NCBI GenBank assembly: GCA_046498225.1
Contig: JAWOBF010000144.1
Coordinates: 1-10,651 of the forward strand
Length of the DNA stretch: 10,651 nt
Source of the DNA: Candidatus Aegiribacteria sp.
Lineage (GTDB): Bacteria; Fermentibacterota; Fermentibacteria; Fermentibacterales; JCC-6
Direction: 5' to 3'
Every line of letters begins with the position of its first letter. Within the stretch, counting starts at the first letter, position 1. The notes under the pieces are model-generated. The model saw only the letters and a list, made by a program, of their open reading frames with translations. It searched no databases and was not told where the DNA came from. Shown one piece after another: positions 1-6,820 of the stretch. A program made the position numbers and the translations under genes.

Positions 1-360
1 AGCCTCGCGAAGCCATCGTTCAATCCTCCGGGATGGGTCTTCGGCCCTGTATGGACCGTTCTCTACATCCTCATGGGTATCGCCGTGTGGCTTGTATGGA
101 AGGAGCAGGGGTTCTCCACTGCGGTGTACCTGTTCATGGCTCAGCTGGCCCTGAACGCACTGTGGTCTTACCTTTTCTTCGGAGCCAACAAACCGGGCCT
201 GGCATTCCTGGAGATAATCCTGCTCTGGGTGCTGATACTGCTGACCATGATATTGTTCTGGAGGGTCAGAACGGCCGCCGGCGTGCTTTTCATCCCATAC
301 CTGCTGTGGGTGAGCTTCGCCTCCGTGCTGAACTACTCTCTATGGAGGATGAACCTCTAG
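1..360 (+). CDS. tspO: TspO/MBR family tryptophan-rich sensory protein (5'-truncated by the window)
   Basis: Frame 1 is open from base 1 and reads SLAKPSFNPPGWVFGPVWTVLYILMG...QLALNALWSYLFFG...FIPYLLWVSFASVLNYSLWRMN, which are the TspO signature motifs. Stop TAG at 358-360. Confidence 0.95.
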   Translation, partial: SLAKPSFNPPGWVFGPVWTVLYILMGIAVWLVWKEQGFSTAVYLFMAQLALNALWSYLFFGANKPGLAFLEIILLWVLILLTMILFWRVRTAAGVLFIPYLLWVSFASVLNYSLWRMNL

Positions 361-374
361 GGAACAGGCTGTCA

Positions 375-404
375 TTGACCTGCATCCTGCTTCTCCTGTA
401 TCAT
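375..404 (+). promoter_or_regulatory. Putative sigma70-type promoter (TTGACC-18-TATCAT)
   Basis: -35 TTGACC at 375-380 and -10 TATCAT at 399-404, upstream of the CDS starting at 518. Confidence 0.5.
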
Positions 405-517
405 TATCACCGAAAGGCAACGGTCGTCCCGGTACAGGGATTATAGTCTCTTTCAGCCACGGTCCCCGGGGTGGCCGGGTGAACGCGATCAACCGACCCG
501 CAAAGGAGAGTGAAACA

Positions 518-2176
518 ATGAAGTACCTTATCGTTCTGGCCTTATTCGCAATGGCCGCGGGAGCCTCGGGCTTCGGCACGGCCACACTGATGGAGACTTC
601 GGATGAAGGCTCGTTCAGGACAGACATCTCCCCTCCGGCCTGCCTTCCCATATCAATGCCCGTGTCCGACGGTCCCCTGGCCGACCTGCTGTGGCACTAC
701 AGCCTGACCTCCGGCTGGCAGCAGAAGACCTGCCCCATGGGTAACGGAGGGGAATACGTCTTCACCGGCGGCTGGTACGGCGGAGGAATAATGTTCGAGG
801 GCGCAACCGGGGACGGGTCGGTACTGTGGCAGACGGAACCGGACCTTGGGTCCAACCTCTACTGGAAGAACCTGGGCACGGGCGTGTCCGCCGCATGGGA
901 CGCGGACAGGTATTACCTTGTGCGCAGCTTCGACATCTGGAACGACAACGGCACCCCCGGGGACCCGAATGACGATTACATGGTCTCCGAGGACAACCTG
1001 GAGGTCTGTCTGTTCTCCGCTTCCAGCTCCACCCCGCTGTGGGTCTGGGACGGCACCGGTACCCTGCTATCGACATGGGTGCACGAACCGGGAAAATACG
1101 ACTGCACGCCTGACGGCGAGTACTTCGCTGTGGGAGGTTATATAGACGGACACCTGGGCGTTGCCGTCTTCGTGCCGGATTCGGCCGGTCCATACCTCCT
1201 CTTCGACGACCCCGCCTTCGCCTACAGCCCCAGGCAGCTCAGAATAACCGATGACGGGTCCAGCGTGATATTCAGCGTGGGGGCCGACCTTCTGCGGGTG
1301 GACGTGGCCACCGGAACGCTGGAGGATACCTACAACCTGGGCGCCTCCACCGACTGTTTCGACATCTCCGGCGACGGTTCCCTGGTAGCCTACGGGTTCA
1401 CCGCCGCCAAACTTGCCCAGTGGAACGGTTCCCAGTACGACCTTGCATGGTCTCATCCGGTTTCCGGTTACTACGCCGGGGCCGCTTCCATCTCGGACGA
1501 CGGCCAGGCGGTCTACCACGGCTTCTACAAGAACACCTACCTCTCCAACCGCATCTACCGGTTCGACCCGGCCAGTTCCACCCCTCTTTGGACCTACGAC
1601 ACCCCCGCGGGTTCCGGAGGGCACCAGGACGTGGTGAGCTGGATGGACTGCACCAGCGACGGCAGCTATCTGGCCGTGGCCTCCTGGGGCTGCGAGACCG
1701 GAGGCGGCGATGAAGTGATAGTCCTGGACGATGACAGCCCGTCCCAGCCCGTCTATTCCATCAACAGCCCAGGCTCCATGTGGCATGTGGACATCTCTCC
1801 GGACGGCACCTACGTTACAGCCTCCGGCAAGCATGTTCACGCCAACGTAATGGGTTCGGGGACCGACACGTACATGGCGGATATCACTCCGGAAGGCCTC
1901 GAGAGCGGCACGCAGGCTTCACAGCTCCGCCTCTCACTGAGCCCCAACCCCTGCCCCGGAGCCGCGGCGGTCGGGTTCAGTCTTCCCGGATCGGGCGCCG
2001 CCCGGGTGAGCGTCTACGACCTCAGCGGCCGCAGGGTTCATCAGGTGGTGAACGAACACCTCGGTCAGGGTGACCACACTGTTCAGGTATCCACAGACCT
2101 GCCCGCGGGACTTTACGTCGTAACCCTCTCCTTCGGGAGCGAGAGGGTAGCGGAGAAGCTTCTGATAAGCAGGTAA
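518..2176 (+). CDS. Secreted beta-propeller (WD40/YVTN-like) protein with C-terminal T9SS type A / FlgD-Ig-like sorting domain
   Basis: RBS AAGGAG before ATG 518. Signal peptide MKYLIVLALFAMAAGASG. Repeated blade motifs (DCTPDGEYFAVG, DISGDGSLVAYG, SISDDGQAV, DCTSDGSYLAVA, DISPDGTYVTAS). C-terminus PNP...VYDLSGRRV...LPAGLYVV...EKLLISR is typical of secretion-system C-terminal sorting domains. Confidence 0.88.
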   Translation: MKYLIVLALFAMAAGASGFGTATLMETSDEGSFRTDISPPACLPISMPVSDGPLADLLWHYSLTSGWQQKTCPMGNGGEYVFTGGWYGGGIMFEGATGDGSVLWQTEPDLGSNLYWKNLGTGVSAAWDADRYYLVRSFDIWNDNGTPGDPNDDYMVSEDNLEVCLFSASSSTPLWVWDGTGTLLSTWVHEPGKYDCTPDGEYFAVGGYIDGHLGVAVFVPDSAGPYLLFDDPAFAYSPRQLRITDDGSSVIFSVGADLLRVDVATGTLEDTYNLGASTDCFDISGDGSLVAYGFTAAKLAQWNGSQYDLAWSHPVSGYYAGAASISDDGQAVYHGFYKNTYLSNRIYRFDPASSTPLWTYDTPAGSGGHQDVVSWMDCTSDGSYLAVASWGCETGGGDEVIVLDDDSPSQPVYSINSPGSMWHVDISPDGTYVTASGKHVHANVMGSGTDTYMADITPEGLESGTQASQLRLSLSPNPCPGAAAVGFSLPGSGAARVSVYDLSGRRVHQVVNEHLGQGDHTVQVSTDLPAGLYVVTLSFGSERVAEKLLISR

Positions 2177-2188
2177 CGAGAGATAAAA

Positions 2189-2216
2189 GCCACGGCGCTC
2201 ATACGGGCGCCGTGGC
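2189..2216. terminator. Terminator-like hairpin
   Basis: GCCACGGCGCTC-atac-GGGCGCCGTGGC, a 12-bp stem with one G-U pair, 12 nt after the stop at 2176. An A-tract precedes it and CCTTC follows it. Confidence 0.65.
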
Positions 2217-2261
2217 CCTTCACCGATGACTGTTCTCACCTCGATCCCCGATCCATAGAGC

Positions 2262-2291
2262 TTGCATTCCGCCTGTGTTTTGAAACATATT
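2262..2291 (+). promoter_or_regulatory. Putative promoter (TTGCAT-18-CATATT) overlapped by a palindromic operator-like site TGTTT-TG-AAACA
   Basis: TTGCAT at 2262-2267, CATATT at 2286-2291, dyad at 2276-2287 (imperfectly extendable to 2274-2289). Confidence 0.4.
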
Positions 2292-2354
2292 GGATTGTTC
2301 CCGGGTAACGCTGAAAGCCGGGGCTATTGGACATGAAGCAACAAGGAGGGAATC

Positions 2355-2495
2355 ATGGGTACTATCCTGTTTCTGATACTCAGACTCGCTTTCGGGTACA
2401 ACACTCAGGGGGACGCCCAGGTGCTGTCCATCCTGGTCTCGCTGGACAGCATAGCTTTCATACTGCTGCTGAAGCTCAGGGGCAGGAAGGTCTGA
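2355..2495 (+). CDS. Small hypothetical membrane protein (46 aa), not in the ORF track
   Basis: RBS AAGGAGG before ATG 2355. MGTILFLILRLAFGYNTQGDAQVLSILVSLDSIAFILLLKLRGRKV* has two hydrophobic segments and a basic tail. Confidence 0.7.
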   Translation: MGTILFLILRLAFGYNTQGDAQVLSILVSLDSIAFILLLKLRGRKV

Positions 2496-2535
2496 CGGGG
2501 AAGGGCTTCGAGGGAAGAACACGAGAGGGAACACA

Positions 2536-2697
2536 ATGTCCGAGAAGAACTACAAGTTCCACAGCGATACAAGCGGGGTTATCTGGTTCGCCGGCTGGCT
2601 CTTCACGCTGGGTTTCATCAAGCTCAGCTTCTGGCAGGCTGCGCTGGGTCTGATCATATGGCCCTGGTATCTAGGCCGGGTGCTTGCCGCGGTCTGA
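2536..2697 (+). CDS. Small hypothetical membrane protein (53 aa, Trp-rich), not in the ORF track
   Basis: RBS GAGAGGG before ATG 2536. MSEKNYKFHSDTSGVIWFAGWLFTLGFIKLSFWQAALGLIIWPWYLGRVLAAV* has two TM-like helices. The WFxGWLFTxG...IWPxYLG pattern resembles small uncharacterised proteins I recall from other prokaryotes (not verified). Confidence 0.8.
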   Translation: MSEKNYKFHSDTSGVIWFAGWLFTLGFIKLSFWQAALGLIIWPWYLGRVLAAV

Positions 2698-2812
2698 TAC
2701 CGCCCCCACCCGGGCTTTAGCCACGGTTCCGCACAGTTTCCGCCGCGGGCGGTCTTATTCTGTACCGGTCTGCGGCTCTTTACTATGACTGACTCAGAGA
2801 ATAGGTTCAATA

Positions 2813-2919
2813 CAAGACGGTAGAGCACCGTCGTGCAAACCGGGGGAGACCCCGGGACGCAAAGCCACGGGTCCCAGCCCCTTCAGGGGATAGGGGAAGG
2901 ACAGCCGGGTTGCCGTTTG
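2813..2919 (+). ncRNA. c-di-GMP-I (GEMM-I)-type riboswitch aptamer, copy 1
   Basis: GCAAA-CCGGGG-GAGA(GNRA)-CCCCGG-GACGCAAAGCCACGGGTCC...GGACAGCCGGGTTGCC matches the GEMM-I core (P2 with GNRA loop, GACGCAAAGC junction, P3, 3' GTTGCC). Confidence 0.88.
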
Positions 2920-2965
2920 CAAAATGCAAACCGGGGGAGACCCCGGGACGCAAAGCCACGGGTCC
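2834..2965 (+). repeat. 41-bp perfect direct repeat (2834-2874 and 2925-2965), corresponding to the aptamer cores
   Basis: Identical 41-mer at a 91-nt offset. A second 16-nt block (2899-2914 vs 2983-2998) differs at one base. Confidence 0.95.
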
Positions 2966-3003
2966 GGACCGGTACGCCGGAGGGACAGCCGGGCTGCCAT
3001 ACG
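2914..3003 (+). ncRNA. c-di-GMP-I (GEMM-I)-type riboswitch aptamer, copy 2
   Basis: Same core as copy 1: TGCAAACCGGGGGAGACCCCGGGACGCAAAGCCACGGGTCC...GGACAGCCGGGCTGCC. Distal P3 is CCGG-TACG-CCGG. P1 is CGTTTG/CATACG with one mismatch. Confidence 0.88.
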
Positions 3004-3028
3004 CTGTTCGGAACTGTGTTCCGGACAG
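3004..3028 (+). promoter_or_regulatory. Hairpin between aptamer 2 and the RBS (candidate riboswitch expression platform)
   Basis: CTGTTCGGAAC-tgt-GTTCCGGACAG, an 11-bp stem with one G-U pair, 3 nt before RBS GAGGAGG (3032-3038). There is no strong U-tract. Confidence 0.5.
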
Positions 3029-3046
3029 ATTGAGGAGGTGCTCACG

Positions 3047-3316
3047 ATGAAGCTGATGCCATTGATAATGGTAGCGCTTCTGCCGTCGGTACTGCTCGCG
3101 GGCGTGGTCGTATCATCCGTACCCGCCGATGCCGATTCCTTCATAAGGATGGCATGGCAGGCCATGGGTGACGCGGACTACCTCACCGCCTACGCTCTGT
3201 TCGACTGTGCCCTTCGACGGGTTCCCCGCTCGCTGGAGGCCCTTGCAGGCCGCGCGCTTGCAGAGGCTTTCATGAAGGGCCATCGACCGGAACAGCTGGT
3301 GGCCGAACCACGCTGA
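3047..3316 (+). CDS. Small exported protein with a single TPR-like repeat (89 aa)
   Basis: RBS GAGGAGG before ATG 3047. Signal-peptide-like MKLMPLIMVALLPSVLLAG. ADSFIRMAWQAMGDADYLTAYALFDCALRRVPRSLEALAGRALA fits a TPR helix-pair pattern. Confidence 0.78.
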   Translation: MKLMPLIMVALLPSVLLAGVVVSSVPADADSFIRMAWQAMGDADYLTAYALFDCALRRVPRSLEALAGRALAEAFMKGHRPEQLVAEPR

Positions 3317-3336
3317 CGCGGCGTACCGCAGGTCAG

Positions 3337-3360
3337 GGGGCGGGCAGCAATGCCCGTCCC
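3337..3360. terminator. Hairpin between convergent genes (likely terminator)
   Basis: GGGGCGGGCA-gcaa-TGCCCGTCCC, a 10-bp stem with a GNRA loop, between the stops at 3316 and 3385. Confidence 0.65.
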
Positions 3361-3384
3361 GCTATCACCTGTCCGGCCGGAGTA

Positions 3385-4023
3385 CTAGAGAAGCTCCTCT
3401 ATCTCGGCGGCGCGCTTCCTTACCATGTTTCCGGGAGCCATCACGAACAGGCACTGGTCGTCTCCCCTTGCCCGGCAGCGGATTTCCTTGGCCTCCAGCT
3501 TGAGGCCGAAAGCCTCCCCGCACCATCCGGCGGAGTAGCCGGCGTTCATGTGGTCAACCGGCTTGTCGGTCTCTATGCCGGCATTGATGAACGCCTGGGC
3601 CTCGTAGCTGTTGGGGTGGTCGTATACCAGTATGAAGCTGTCGTCGGGGGCCGGTTTGCTCTGAGGGAGGATCTTTACCTTGGCGTATCCACCCATGGCG
3701 AAGGAGACCGGTCCGAGGGCAAGCCTGAGGGCGGGGTCCTCTATGCCGAGTTTATCGAACATGTACCTTGCGTCGGCGCTGCCGCAGGCCTTGCCGAACT
3801 GGTAGATGATTGTGGGGGTGCTTGCTCCCAGCACCTTCTCCAGCTGCTTTCTAAGCGCCACGGCCATGGAGTCCCCCCTGTACATGACGTAACGCTCATC
3901 GCTCACGGTAATGGAACCCTGCTCGCTGTTTATCTTCATCTGCTGGAATACCGGCTCAAGTATCTTCTCGGCCTGCTCGAAAAGGCCTGCGAAGGGTTCT
4001 GGACATTCAACGTACTTCGGCAT
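3385..4023 (-). CDS. Stand-alone V4R / XylR-N-like ligand-binding domain protein (212 aa)
   Basis: RBS AAAGGA before ATG 4023 (MPKYVECPEP). Motifs GSITVSDERYV, YQFGKACGSADA, NSYEA, AGYSAGW and EIRCRARGDDQCLF are characteristic of V4R (4-vinyl reductase) domains. Confidence 0.88.
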   Translation of the reverse strand: MPKYVECPEPFAGLFEQAEKILEPVFQQMKINSEQGSITVSDERYVMYRGDSMAVALRKQLEKVLGASTPTIIYQFGKACGSADARYMFDKLGIEDPALRLALGPVSFAMGGYAKVKILPQSKPAPDDSFILVYDHPNSYEAQAFINAGIETDKPVDHMNAGYSAGWCGEAFGLKLEAKEIRCRARGDDQCLFVMAPGNMVRKRAAEIEELL

Positions 4024-4093
4024 GAAGTTAATCCTTTCATGTGGTTTGCGGTGACTCCTGCGGAATACTGAACTATATGCTGAGACTTCCTGA

Positions 4094-4121
4094 ATGATAT
4101 ACAATCCCTGCCCGATAGCAA
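4094..4121 (-). promoter_or_regulatory. Putative sigma70-type promoter for the V4R gene (TTGCTA-16-TATCAT)
   Basis: Minus strand: -35 at 4121-4116 and -10 at 4099-4094. Confidence 0.45.
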
Positions 4122-4316
4122 GTAGAATGATCAGCCGGCTGCCGGGACGCGTTCCACCGCGTTCGAATGCAACCTCTATTCGAGAAGCTCCTCCGCGGCG
4201 AGTATGCCGCCGGTAAACCGGACCACGGCCCGGTGAAGGATAACATGACAGTCATCCCCATCTATCTCCAGCCTGCCCCTGCTTTCGCCCTCCGCCGATA
4301 TTGTCAATACAGCGGT

Positions 4317-4345
4317 TTCACTGCGGCAGTCTTATCGACTATTAT
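4317..4345 (+). promoter_or_regulatory. Putative promoter (TTCACT-17-TATTAT)
   Basis: -35 at 4317-4322 and -10 at 4340-4345, about 40 nt before ATG 4385. Confidence 0.4.
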
Positions 4346-4384
4346 CGGGGGGTAGCACTGCTGAATTCATCGGAAGGATGTAAA

Positions 4385-5818
4385 ATGTGCCGTGAAGTTG
4401 ATGTGGCCATCATAGGAGCCGGGACCGCCGGACTTTCCGCCCTCAGTCAGGTAAAGAAGAGAACGGACAGTTTCGTAATAATAAACGACGGCCCCTACGG
4501 GACCACCTGCGCCAGGGTGGGATGCATGCCCTCGAAAGCTCTCATCGAGGCGGCCGATGCCTACCATGGAAGACATCTGTACGGGGAGATGGGTTTACGA
4601 CTCGTGGGCAGCGTCGAAGTGGACGGGAAAGCGGTCATGGAGAGGGTGAGAAGGCTTCGCGACATGTTCGTGGCCCGGGTGAAGAGGTCAACGGACGGCC
4701 TTGATGAGGGGAAGAACATCCCCGGCCGGGCGAAGATACTTGCTCCCGACCTCATCGAGGTCAACGGCGACAGGATAAGAACGAAAAGGCTCATCATCGC
4801 CACCGGATCCACACCGGTGGTCCCCGGTCCCTGGAGGGAACTGGGGGACAGGCTTCTTACCAGCGACAGCCTCTTTGAAATGGACGACCTTCCCGAAAGC
4901 CTGGCCGTGGTGGGCCTGGGGGCCATAGGCCTGGAGATTGCACAGGCCATGAGCAGGCTGGGAGTGGAAGTTACCGGCTTCGACGCCCTGGAGAGGATAG
5001 GCGGAATTACCGATCCCGAGGTGGCGGAGACCGCGGCGGAGATCATAGGGAGCGAATTCCCCATCCATACCGGCGCGAAGGTGGACCTGGCCGGGAACGG
5101 CGCTGAAGGCGGCGTGAAAGTCAGCTGGAACGGGAACAGCGCAACGGTCGATAAGGTCCTGGCGTCCGTTGGCAGAAAACCGAACATCCAGGGGCTGGGG
5201 CTGGAGAACCTGGGAGTGGAGCTGGATGATAACGGTCTTCCTGCTTTTGATGAGCACACCCTTCAGGTGGGGGACCTTCCGGTCTTCCTTCCCGGCGACG
5301 TCAACGCCAGGGCCCCCATACTGCACGAGGCCGCGGACGACGGTCACATAGCCGGATACAACGCCATGCAAAAGGACGGCGAAGTCCACTGCTTCCACCG
5401 AAGGACGCCCATTGGTATCGTTTTTTCACACCCCAACATCGCCTACGCCGGGCTGAAGCGCGACCAGCTGAACGAGGACGACGCGGTGACTGTGGGGCAG
5501 GACTACGAAAGCCAGGGCAGGGCGATGACCGCCGGGGTGAACCACGGTCTGCTGAGGGTGTACGCGTCAAAGAGCACCGCCAGGCTGCTGGGGGCGGAGA
5601 TGGTGGTTCCCTCCGGGGAGCATGTGGCCCACCTTCTGTCCTGGGCGATACAGCGGGAACTCACGGTATTCCAGATACTTGAACTCCCCTTCTACCACCC
5701 CGTCATCGAGGAGGGAGTTCGAAGCGCCGTGAGGAGGCTGGCCGGGAGAATAGAGAAGAAGGAACCGGCGCCGGAGGTCCCTCTGTGCAGAGAGCTTCCC
5801 GACAGGAGCCTGGAATAG
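4385..5818 (+). CDS. Dihydrolipoamide dehydrogenase-like pyridine nucleotide-disulfide oxidoreductase (class I)
   Basis: RBS GAAGGA before ATG 4385. FAD motif IIGAGTAG, redox-active GTTCARVGCMPSK, IATGS, NAD motif VVGLGAIG, GD motif and C-terminal HPVIEE dyad. Confidence 0.93.
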   Translation: MCREVDVAIIGAGTAGLSALSQVKKRTDSFVIINDGPYGTTCARVGCMPSKALIEAADAYHGRHLYGEMGLRLVGSVEVDGKAVMERVRRLRDMFVARVKRSTDGLDEGKNIPGRAKILAPDLIEVNGDRIRTKRLIIATGSTPVVPGPWRELGDRLLTSDSLFEMDDLPESLAVVGLGAIGLEIAQAMSRLGVEVTGFDALERIGGITDPEVAETAAEIIGSEFPIHTGAKVDLAGNGAEGGVKVSWNGNSATVDKVLASVGRKPNIQGLGLENLGVELDDNGLPAFDEHTLQVGDLPVFLPGDVNARAPILHEAADDGHIAGYNAMQKDGEVHCFHRRTPIGIVFSHPNIAYAGLKRDQLNEDDAVTVGQDYESQGRAMTAGVNHGLLRVYASKSTARLLGAEMVVPSGEHVAHLLSWAIQRELTVFQILELPFYHPVIEEGVRSAVRRLAGRIEKKEPAPEVPLCRELPDRSLE

Positions 5819-5861
5819 ACATCCGCCGCCGATAGGTCGGCCCCCAGCTTCCGGGGAAACC

Positions 5862-6809
5862 TCAGTAAACCCTTACCAGCCCCAGGAAGAGCCTGCTGTA
5901 ATGGATCTGCCTGAAGCCTTCATCATCTATCTCCAGGCTTATCGAGCTTACCCTCTCCGCCTCGTCCGGCGGAAGGGGGAAGAGTATCCATCTCTCCTCC
6001 CGGCCTTCTCTGTCGGTGAGCGCCTCGTCGGTGACGGAGCCGGTCTGGAAGAAGGGCTTCCAGGTGCTCCACAGCGCGTCCACCTCGCTTGATTCCAGTC
6101 CTCCTGCGGCCCAGCCGCGTAATATATCCCGCACTTCCCTGTCTTCCAGTCTGCCGTTCATGCGGGTGCTTCCGGTCCCGTCGGGAAGGGGAACCAGCCG
6201 GACCCTTTCCACCGCCGGTTCGGTCCCGGTGCTTATCACCAGCCCCTCGGGAGAGTAATGACCCGCCAGGGTCATTGGATCGTATGCGTTCTCAGGCGGC
6301 TGCCATCGGGGTATCGATGCCTCGTAATACAGGAAGTTGCCCAGGTACTCACCGGTCTCCGCGGAGTACAGGTCCCGGGAGGGGACGCTCCTCCAGGAGT
6401 CCATGGCCCAGGCGAAGGGAACGTCCCCGGGGCAGGGGGGTTCCGGCCTCTCTGTCATGGGCCGGGGCGGAGGCGAAGATATGCGCCACGACGCCCTGTC
6501 GGTGAAGGGCTCGTCTTCGCCGCGGGGGTCGGGATGCAGAGTTGTCAGCACCCCCTGGTTCGCTGTCACAGTAAAAACGGCCTCCAGAAAGTGGGCGCCG
6601 TGTATCCATACCACCGGAGCGTCCACCAGGACCGGCCCGAAGGGTTCCCCGCCGAAGGGGAGCTCCCCCCCCTCCCCCGGGGCTCCGGTGATGCAGGCCC
6701 CCTCCGAAGAGAATACCACGACTCCCCATTCGTGCACGAAGACGTCATGCGAAGGGGGAGGCGGAACGACCAACGTGTCCAGCAGGAAAGGTATGAGCAG
6801 AGGGAACAT
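5862..6809 (-). CDS. Hypothetical protein (N-terminal hydrophobic segment, VHEWG motif), probably exported
   Basis: RBS AAGGAGG. Lies 11 nt downstream of the amidohydrolase. Motifs VHEWG, APVVWIH, FLYYE, GLxxxExxAL and RLFLG. Confidence 0.75.
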   Translation of the reverse strand: MFPLLIPFLLDTLVVPPPPSHDVFVHEWGVVVFSSEGACITGAPGEGGELPFGGEPFGPVLVDAPVVWIHGAHFLEAVFTVTANQGVLTTLHPDPRGEDEPFTDRASWRISSPPPRPMTERPEPPCPGDVPFAWAMDSWRSVPSRDLYSAETGEYLGNFLYYEASIPRWQPPENAYDPMTLAGHYSPEGLVISTGTEPAVERVRLVPLPDGTGSTRMNGRLEDREVRDILRGWAAGGLESSEVDALWSTWKPFFQTGSVTDEALTDREGREERWILFPLPPDEAERVSSISLEIDDEGFRQIHYSRLFLGLVRVY

Positions 6810-6820
6810 GCTGTTCCTCC

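Noticed and set aside
455..2726. AGCCACGG recurring in intergenic DNA (455, 2188, 2719) as a dispersed repeat or antisense element to the riboswitch
   Set aside because: It is only 8-10 nt long in GC-rich DNA, also occurs inside fprA coding sequence, and the flanks do not align.
2834..2965. 41-bp direct repeat as a mini-CRISPR array
   Set aside because: There are only two copies, no cas genes, and the intervening sequence also repeats (GGACAGCCGGG.TGCC). It is fully explained as tandem GEMM aptamers.
2794..3165. ORF-track ORFs 2833-3033, 2794-3165 and the N-terminal extension 2924-3046 (MQTGGDPGTQSHGS)
   Set aside because: These are translations of riboswitch RNA. The start with a strong RBS is ATG 3047.
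4176..4307. Possible 43-aa minus-strand ORF from TTG (MTISAEGESRG...AAEELLE), sharing GAGAAGCTCCTC with the V4R gene end, and the TATTGTCAATA dyad near 4299-4309
   Set aside because: It has no RBS or recognisable family, and the 12-nt match and short dyad could arise by chance. It may be a gene remnant, but I cannot support that.
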